Shown here piece after piece: positions 34,716 through 35,163 of a stretch of DNA of 35,163 nucleotides. Position 1 is the first letter of the stretch, and every line of letters starts with the position of its first letter. The stretch covers positions 1-35,163 of the IMG/VR virus record IMGVR_UViG_3300027835_000013; one strand, 5' to 3'. Under the pieces are notes generated by a model that was not told the origin of the DNA, searched no databases, and was given only the letters and a program-made list of their open reading frames with translations. The DNA comes from a virus (taxonomy: Duplodnaviria; Caudoviricetes). A program made the translations under genes and the position numbers.

Positions 34716-35163
34716 TGTTTTGTCCGACTTGTCACTCGTCAATTGGCTCTGGCGGTTTGTCCGAGGCGGCAAGAGTCCAAGGCGCTCAAGGAACAGACCC
34801 TAATGGAAATCCTATTCCACGATGGTCTGACGACCCAATATTAACTAATCCTCCCACTAGTGGGGATGCGTACCGAGGGGTAAATAGTCCTCGAACTGTT
34901 CATATACTTGAGCTTCAACAGCAAATCACGACAATGGAAACTGGCTTAGGATTGGTATTGACGGCATTTAGTCCGATTGATGACACGACTCACATATCTC
35001 GCCGACATATTATTGAGCTACGGCAGGCCATCGAACGATTGCTAAATGTTAGTGGAGCAACCCTTGAAGACTATTTCAAATTAGATAGTGATGGAACCCC
35101 ACAAACACAAAATCCAATTCTAGTTGGCTTCGGCGCGGCAAGCCCCCAAGTAGAATGGATAGA
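34715..35163 (+). CDS. Tail-associated protein, 3'-truncated (absent from the ORF track)
   Basis: TAATG coupling. Reads MFCPTCHSSIG...RWSDDPIL...VHILELQ...RHIIELRQAIERLL and is open to the window end. Confidence 0.7.
   Translation, partial: MFCPTCHSSIGSGGLSEAARVQGAQGTDPNGNPIPRWSDDPILTNPPTSGDAYRGVNSPRTVHILELQQQITTMETGLGLVLTAFSPIDDTTHISRRHIIELRQAIERLLNVSGATLEDYFKLDSDGTPQTQNPILVGFGAASPQVEWI

Larger units (their letters stand above)
1..35163 (+). mobile_element. Tailed phage (siphovirus-like) structural module; prophage versus free phage cannot be decided
   Basis: Collinear portal, MuF, protease, capsid, neck, tail tube, chaperone, tape measure and tail-tip genes on one strand. No host genes, integrase or att site seen. 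Confidence 0.96.

Noticed and set aside
1-35163. Alternative genetic code, tRNA or rRNA genes
   Set aside because: Standard-code ORFs tile the window densely with TAA, TAG and TGA all used as stops, and no cloverleaf or rRNA-like segment was seen in the few gaps.

Overview
The whole window is the virion-morphogenesis region of a tailed dsDNA phage, most likely a siphovirus (tail tube, frameshifted chaperone and tape measure present; no sheath seen). Essentially all real genes are on the + strand, many coupled by TAATG/ATGA overlaps. Order: fibre/LamG genes, holin-like gene, HEXXH peptidase, portal, a 1478-aa MuF polyvalent protein plus a coupled second cargo protein, prohead protease-scaffold, major capsid, a large cluster of paralogous fibre/decoration genes, neck genes, a free-standing GIY-YIG endonuclease, tail tube, chaperone with -1 frameshift, tape measure and tail-tip genes. 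The most unusual part is 5049-11158. It holds two proteins built as strings of enzyme-like domains: HAD phosphatase, canonical RelA/SpoT synthetase, Tas1/Apk-like synthetase with a possible fused immunity domain, zincin, HDxxGH domain and SAM-lyase-like domain. The domains are separated by a recurrent hydrophobic-x-K-GGxGSG peptide. My hypothesis is a head-packaged, protease-matured polyprotein payload for host takeover and anti-defence. All family calls come from motif recognition by eye; no database searches were run.
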